A stretch of 56,247 nucleotides of DNA from an uncultured Planctomycetia bacterium (GTDB taxonomy: Bacteria; Planctomycetota; GCA-002687715; CAYQRN01). This document shows, piece by piece, positions 52,517-56,247 of this stretch (the first letter of the stretch is position 1; each line of letters opens with the position of its first letter). Under the pieces are notes generated by a model that was given only the letters and a program-made list of their open reading frames with translations, had not been told where the DNA came from and made no database searches. The position numbers were made by a program, and so were the translations under genes. The DNA lies in assembly GCA_964419995.1 (NCBI GenBank), contig CAYQRN010000002.1, positions 1 through 56,247 on the forward strand, given 5' to 3'.

Positions 52517-53452
52517 GTGACGACATCTCAGAAGCGCTTCTCCGTCGTGGTCCCCGTGCGCGACGGCGCCGCGACGTTGCCGGCCTGTCTCGCCGCTCTG
52601 TCCGCACTGCGTTCCCCTCCGGGCGGTCACGAGGTGGTCATCGTGGACAACGGCTCGCGGGACGGCTCGGGCGACGCGGCCCGTACGGCGGGCTTCCGCG
52701 TCGTGCCGGAATCCCGGGAGGGATCGTATGCCGCCCGCAACGCGGGCGTGATGGCGACCGCCGGCGAGATCGTCGTCTTCACGGATGCGGACTGCGCCCC
52801 GGAGCCTGACTGGCTCGTGGAGATAGCGCGGGTCTTCGAGAACGGCGATGTCGTCGTCGCCTGCGGGGAGATCCTCGCCGCGCCGCCGACGACGTTCATC
52901 GAACGCTACTCGGCCCGAGCGGGTCTGCTCGGGCAGTCCCACGCCCTCGGCCATCGATTCCGCCCCTTCGCCCAGACCGCCAACGCAGCCTTTCGTCGCG
53001 ACGCCCTCCAGGCGGTGGGACTCTTCGACGCGTCCTTCCGGTCAGGCGGCGACGCGGATCTCTGCTGGCGGATCGGGGCGCGCTTCGGGGCCGCGCCCCT
53101 CCTCGTGCCGGGCGCACGCGTGCGTCACCGCCATCGGACCTCGCTTGGGAGTCTCTGGCGCCAGTTCGCCCGCTACGGCTCGTCGGATGTGGCGCTGTTC
53201 CGGAAGTACCGGGGGGAACTCCGGCCCTCCGTCGCGAAGGCCGGGGCCGATTTCCTGCGCATCGTCTTCGCGCTCCCGCTTTCCGTCCTCGGGATCCTGC
53301 GCATGCCCCGCGAAGGACTCCTCGGTCCGGCGGCGCCTCTCCTCCGGGCCTTCCGGTCTCTCGCCCGGCGGTGGGGCCAGGTCCGCGAGTGGTTCCGGCC
53401 CGCGCCCGGCGGTCAGAGCCGGACGTCGATGCCGATGCGCGCCTTGTCGTAG
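52517..53452 (+). CDS. family 2 glycosyltransferase (start GTG 52517 or ATG 52421)
   Basis: 'RFSVVVPVRDGAATLPACLAALSALRSPPGGHEVVIVDNGSRDGSG', 'ARNAGV' and 'IVVFTDADCAP' (DxD). Confidence 0.75.
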   Translation: MTTSQKRFSVVVPVRDGAATLPACLAALSALRSPPGGHEVVIVDNGSRDGSGDAARTAGFRVVPESREGSYAARNAGVMATAGEIVVFTDADCAPEPDWLVEIARVFENGDVVVACGEILAAPPTTFIERYSARAGLLGQSHALGHRFRPFAQTANAAFRRDALQAVGLFDASFRSGGDADLCWRIGARFGAAPLLVPGARVRHRHRTSLGSLWRQFARYGSSDVALFRKYRGELRPSVAKAGADFLRIVFALPLSVLGILRMPREGLLGPAAPLLRAFRSLARRWGQVREWFRPAPGGQSRTSMPMRALS

Positions 53453-54864
53453 GCCTCGCGGAAGACTTTCTGGACGACCATCGTCCGCAGCTCCCCGCGG
53501 ACCTCTTCCATGGGCGGCGGTGGCTGGCGCTCGGTGACGCGGAGGATGTGGATGCCCCGCGGCGAGCGCACGGGTGCGCTCGTGCCGCCCACGTCGAGAG
53601 GCTGGACGGCGTCCCGGAGGTTCTTCGGGAGGCGGCTCCCGAGGGGCGTGACGAAGCCGAGATCGCCCTCCTTGAAGCGCGTGCCGGGATCGTCGCTGTA
53701 GAGCCTCACGATGTCGGCGAAGTTCCGCCCTCCTCGGAGCTCGTCGAGGATCCGGGCGGCGAGCTTCTCCGCCTCTTCGAAGGTGCGCGACGCTCCGTCC
53801 TCGCCGGGGGCCTCCGCCGCCCGGAGGAGGACGTGGGCGACCCGCGTCCGGGGGCCGAAGTACCCGAGGTGCTCGCGGTAGAAGGCCGCGAGGGCCTCCT
53901 CCGTGGACACCTTGCCGGCGAGGACATCGAGGGCGGCATGGATGCGGAAGCCCCGGCCGCTCCGGAAGTCGGCGAGGTCCATCCCCGTCTGCTCGACGAT
54001 GATGTCCTCGTACTTGAGACCCGCCTCCGTCTCGAAACGGGCCTTCTTCGCCTCGAACGTCCGGTTGACGTCTGCCTCGGTAACGGTGAGGTGGTTTTCG
54101 GCGAGGAGCCGGGAGACGACACGGAGCTGGAGCAGGGTCTCGAGCTCCTTCCGGAGGTCCCGGCGGTCGAGGACCTTCAGGATCTCGCGGGCGAAGCGCT
54201 CCGAGGTGATGGGCACGTCATCCACGACGGCCACGGCGCCGGCCGGCAGCTTTGCCGCGTCCGTCTCGATCCTCGCCTCCTTCTTCCGATTCGCGAGCCA
54301 GAGCTGCTGGTGGTGCGGCTCGATGGGATCGCCCTCGGCGCGGCCGAGGTCGGCGCGGGCGAGGCGTGTGAGGGCGATCTCCTTCCGGAGCTTCTCCTCG
54401 AAGGCGGCGGCATCGACCTCGTTCTCCTTCAGGTACTCCGCCAGGGGCTTGAGCCCCTTCTTCCGGAGCTCGGCGTCGAGGGAATCCCGGCGGGCCTGGA
54501 CATCGGCCGCGGTCACGGCGATCCCCCGGCGCCGCATCTCCGACTCGACGAGCTGCTCGTCGATAAGCGTCTCGAGGGCGGCGGGTCCGGGATTTCGACG
54601 GCGGAAGCGTACGCGGATCTCGTCGGCAAGCTCCGAGAAGGGGATGGGATCGCCGTCCACGACCGCGACGGCGCCTGCCGGCACCGCGGCCCCCTCGACG
54701 AGGAGCGGCCGGCTCTCCTGACCGAAAGCCAAGGCGGGCAAGAGGATGAGGGCGACGGCGAAGAGCCGGGAGGATGGTCCTGGTGTGGGGCGCACGGATG
54801 GCTCCGACTGTGTCGCGGGAAGTCTACGAGGGGACGGGCCGGAACTCAGCCCCGATTCCCTCAT
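53413..54864 (-). CDS. SurA/PrsA-like periplasmic chaperone with a parvulin-type peptidyl-prolyl isomerase domain
   Basis: The ATG at 54864 opens a signal-like stretch 'LFAVALILLPALAFG'. The chaperone module is duplicated ('PAGAVAVVDGDPIPFSELADEI' and 'PAGAVAVVDDVPITSERFAREI'). The PpiC domain reads 'RVAHVLL...FADIVRLYSDDPGTRFKEGDLGFV...SAPVRSPRGIHILRV'. Confidence 0.8.
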   Translation of the reverse strand: MRESGLSSGPSPRRLPATQSEPSVRPTPGPSSRLFAVALILLPALAFGQESRPLLVEGAAVPAGAVAVVDGDPIPFSELADEIRVRFRRRNPGPAALETLIDEQLVESEMRRRGIAVTAADVQARRDSLDAELRKKGLKPLAEYLKENEVDAAAFEEKLRKEIALTRLARADLGRAEGDPIEPHHQQLWLANRKKEARIETDAAKLPAGAVAVVDDVPITSERFAREILKVLDRRDLRKELETLLQLRVVSRLLAENHLTVTEADVNRTFEAKKARFETEAGLKYEDIIVEQTGMDLADFRSGRGFRIHAALDVLAGKVSTEEALAAFYREHLGYFGPRTRVAHVLLRAAEAPGEDGASRTFEEAEKLAARILDELRGGRNFADIVRLYSDDPGTRFKEGDLGFVTPLGSRLPKNLRDAVQPLDVGGTSAPVRSPRGIHILRVTERQPPPPMEEVRGELRTMVVQKVFREAYDKARIGIDVRL

Positions 54865-54932
54865 CCCCGACGGGGCGCATCCTCGATAAGTCGAGAGAAG
54901 GAAAGCTCTTGCTTCGGAAAGGGAATGCGCCC

Positions 54933-56247
54933 ATGACGCTCCGACCATCGCGTTCCGCCGGATCTCCCTGGTTTCCCGCTCTCGCTCTTCTCGTGGTCTC
55001 GATACCGGCCGTCGCTCAGACGGACGACGTCCTCCACCTCCGAACGGGATCGGAGATCCGGGGCGAGATCACGTCCGAGGATGCGTCGAACTACACCATC
55101 CGCTTCAGCGGAGGCTCGCTCATCGTACCGAAGGGAATGGTGGAGCGTGTGGTCCGCACGACGGAGCGGGTCCCTGACGTCCGAAGGGCGGCGCTCCAGG
55201 GTCTTTCGCGGCTCGCCGAGCGGGAGGACTTCGGGTTCATCCGCTATCGCGGGCGGATCGTGGGGCATCGGCTCCTCCGCGTCACGAAGGACGTGCGGCG
55301 GGACATTGCAGGGTACGTCATCGTCGACAAGCACGTCTATCCGGGCGAGGGCGCGGATCCGGCCTGCGAGACGGAGGAGATCGTCTTCGCCTCCGCCGAG
55401 CTCAAGCCCATCGAGTTCACGTTCCGGCGGGCGAGCGGCCCGTCCGTGACGATCCTCGAAGGGACGATCACAGGTCCGGAGCTGTCGCTTCGCGAGCGCG
55501 CCGGCGGACGGGAGACCCACACGCGCACGTTCTGGAGCCGCGACGCGGATCTGTGGTCGACACTTCGCGCGCGCCTCGCGACGGACGACGCGGGCGACCT
55601 TCCGGATTCCATCAAGGTGTTCCGTCCCGCCACGGGGCGCTTCGAGGAGATCGCGGTCAGCTCCGAGCTCCGGCGCGTGACGCTGGGGGCGCGGACCCTC
55701 GACGCCCGTGTCTTCCGGGTGGCCGGGTCGGACGGACGGACCCGCGAGATCTGGCTCGACGCCGCGGGGATTCCCGTGCGGGAGGAGGTCGGGGCGGGGC
55801 GCACCGTCGTCGAGGCGGCACCGCGCGAGCGCGTCCTCGACTGGGCTCGCGGCGGGCCGGCACCGGGCGCCACCGCGGACGACCTCGTCTTCGCATCGGA
55901 CTCCGACGGGTTCCGGATCGAGCGCCCGGATCCCACGTGGGAGTTCCTTCCGGGCGAGGCCCCGGGGCGGCCGGTCCTCTCCCTCGCGCAGCCCACGCTG
56001 CGCGCCTCCGTGGACGTCTTCAGCGTGCCCGCGTCGAAGCTCGGCGGCAACGCGGAATCGGCGCTTCTCGAGATCCTCGAGCGCATGCGCCGCGTCTCCC
56101 GCGGCTTCGAACGGGGGACGGTGGAGGAGGGGAGTCTCGGTGGCGCGCCGGCGCTGGTGTTCACGGGCCGCGCCGAGAAGAACGAGATCCCCGTGCGCAC
56201 GCTCGGCGTCGTGAGCCTCGCCGGAGAGCGGGCCTGGGTGCTTCTCT
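54933..56247 (+). CDS. hypothetical secreted protein, 3'-truncated by the window edge (absent from the supplied ORF track)
   Basis: I translated this by hand. ATG at 54933 opens 'MTLRPSRSAGSPWFPALALLVVSIPAVAQTDDVLHLRTGSEIRGEITSEDASNYTIRFSGG...', which stays open to the last base. Third-position G/C bias is strong and a signal peptide is present. The competing minus-strand ORFs (54861-55520, 55337-56200) are Arg/Pro/Ser-rich shadows. Confidence 0.55.
   Translation, partial: MTLRPSRSAGSPWFPALALLVVSIPAVAQTDDVLHLRTGSEIRGEITSEDASNYTIRFSGGSLIVPKGMVERVVRTTERVPDVRRAALQGLSRLAEREDFGFIRYRGRIVGHRLLRVTKDVRRDIAGYVIVDKHVYPGEGADPACETEEIVFASAELKPIEFTFRRASGPSVTILEGTITGPELSLRERAGGRETHTRTFWSRDADLWSTLRARLATDDAGDLPDSIKVFRPATGRFEEIAVSSELRRVTLGARTLDARVFRVAGSDGRTREIWLDAAGIPVREEVGAGRTVVEAAPRERVLDWARGGPAPGATADDLVFASDSDGFRIERPDPTWEFLPGEAPGRPVLSLAQPTLRASVDVFSVPASKLGGNAESALLEILERMRRVSRGFERGTVEEGSLGGAPALVFTGRAEKNEIPVRTLGVVSLAGERAWVLL

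Overview
A very GC-rich, gene-dense bacterial window in which third codon positions are almost always G/C. The host is probably a diderm: there is an outer-membrane beta-barrel ending in Phe, an Mla-type lipid ABC transporter and a SurA-like chaperone. All product calls rest on motifs read from the supplied translations; no database search was possible. Many long ORFs in the track are Pro/Arg/Gly-rich shadow frames and were discarded.

Layout:
- 1-15.2 kb: one uninterrupted plus-strand glycan-assembly block. It holds nine glycosyltransferase (GT) domains in seven genes, including a 1215-aa protein with two GT4 heads joined by a roughly 355-residue coiled coil, and a GT4-GT2 fusion. It also holds a PIG-L deacetylase, a membrane-anchored alkaline-phosphatase-superfamily enzyme and a UbiA prenyltransferase. 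A convergent polytopic membrane protein follows.
- 17-22 kb: a YugP-type Zn peptidase, an ECF sigma factor, a zinc-finger anti-sigma with FecR-like and HEAT regions, and a convergent secreted HEAT-repeat protein.
- 22.5-30 kb: a tRNA-rich accessory patch with a LOG-family protein, tRNA-Leu, tRNA-Lys, tRNA-His and tRNA-Arg. It also contains a 191-bp MITE-like element with 15-bp perfect terminal inverted repeats and a 6-bp duplication, and a double zinc-ribbon ORF coupled to clpS. An MFS transporter, an orphan PqqD/RRE-like protein, a secreted 7-repeat propeller-like protein and a 71-aa lysine-tailed histone-fold-like protein complete this patch.
- 30-41 kb: housekeeping genes (ppk1, efp, a CDF transporter, a membrane MutS-related ATPase, an OM barrel, ileS).
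- 41.4-47.2 kb: an RsbW-like kinase and a STAS protein fused into an MlaE/F/D operon, followed by a TPR lipoprotein and a hydrolase.
- 47-56 kb: a divergent SHMT-like enzyme, a lower-GC patch with a multiply frameshifted RuvB-like relic, a second small GT cluster, a SurA-like PPIase, and a 3'-truncated ORF that the track omits.

The best candidates for something new are the two-headed coiled-coil glycosyltransferase operon, the kinase/STAS-coupled Mla transporter, the histone-fold protein and the MITE.
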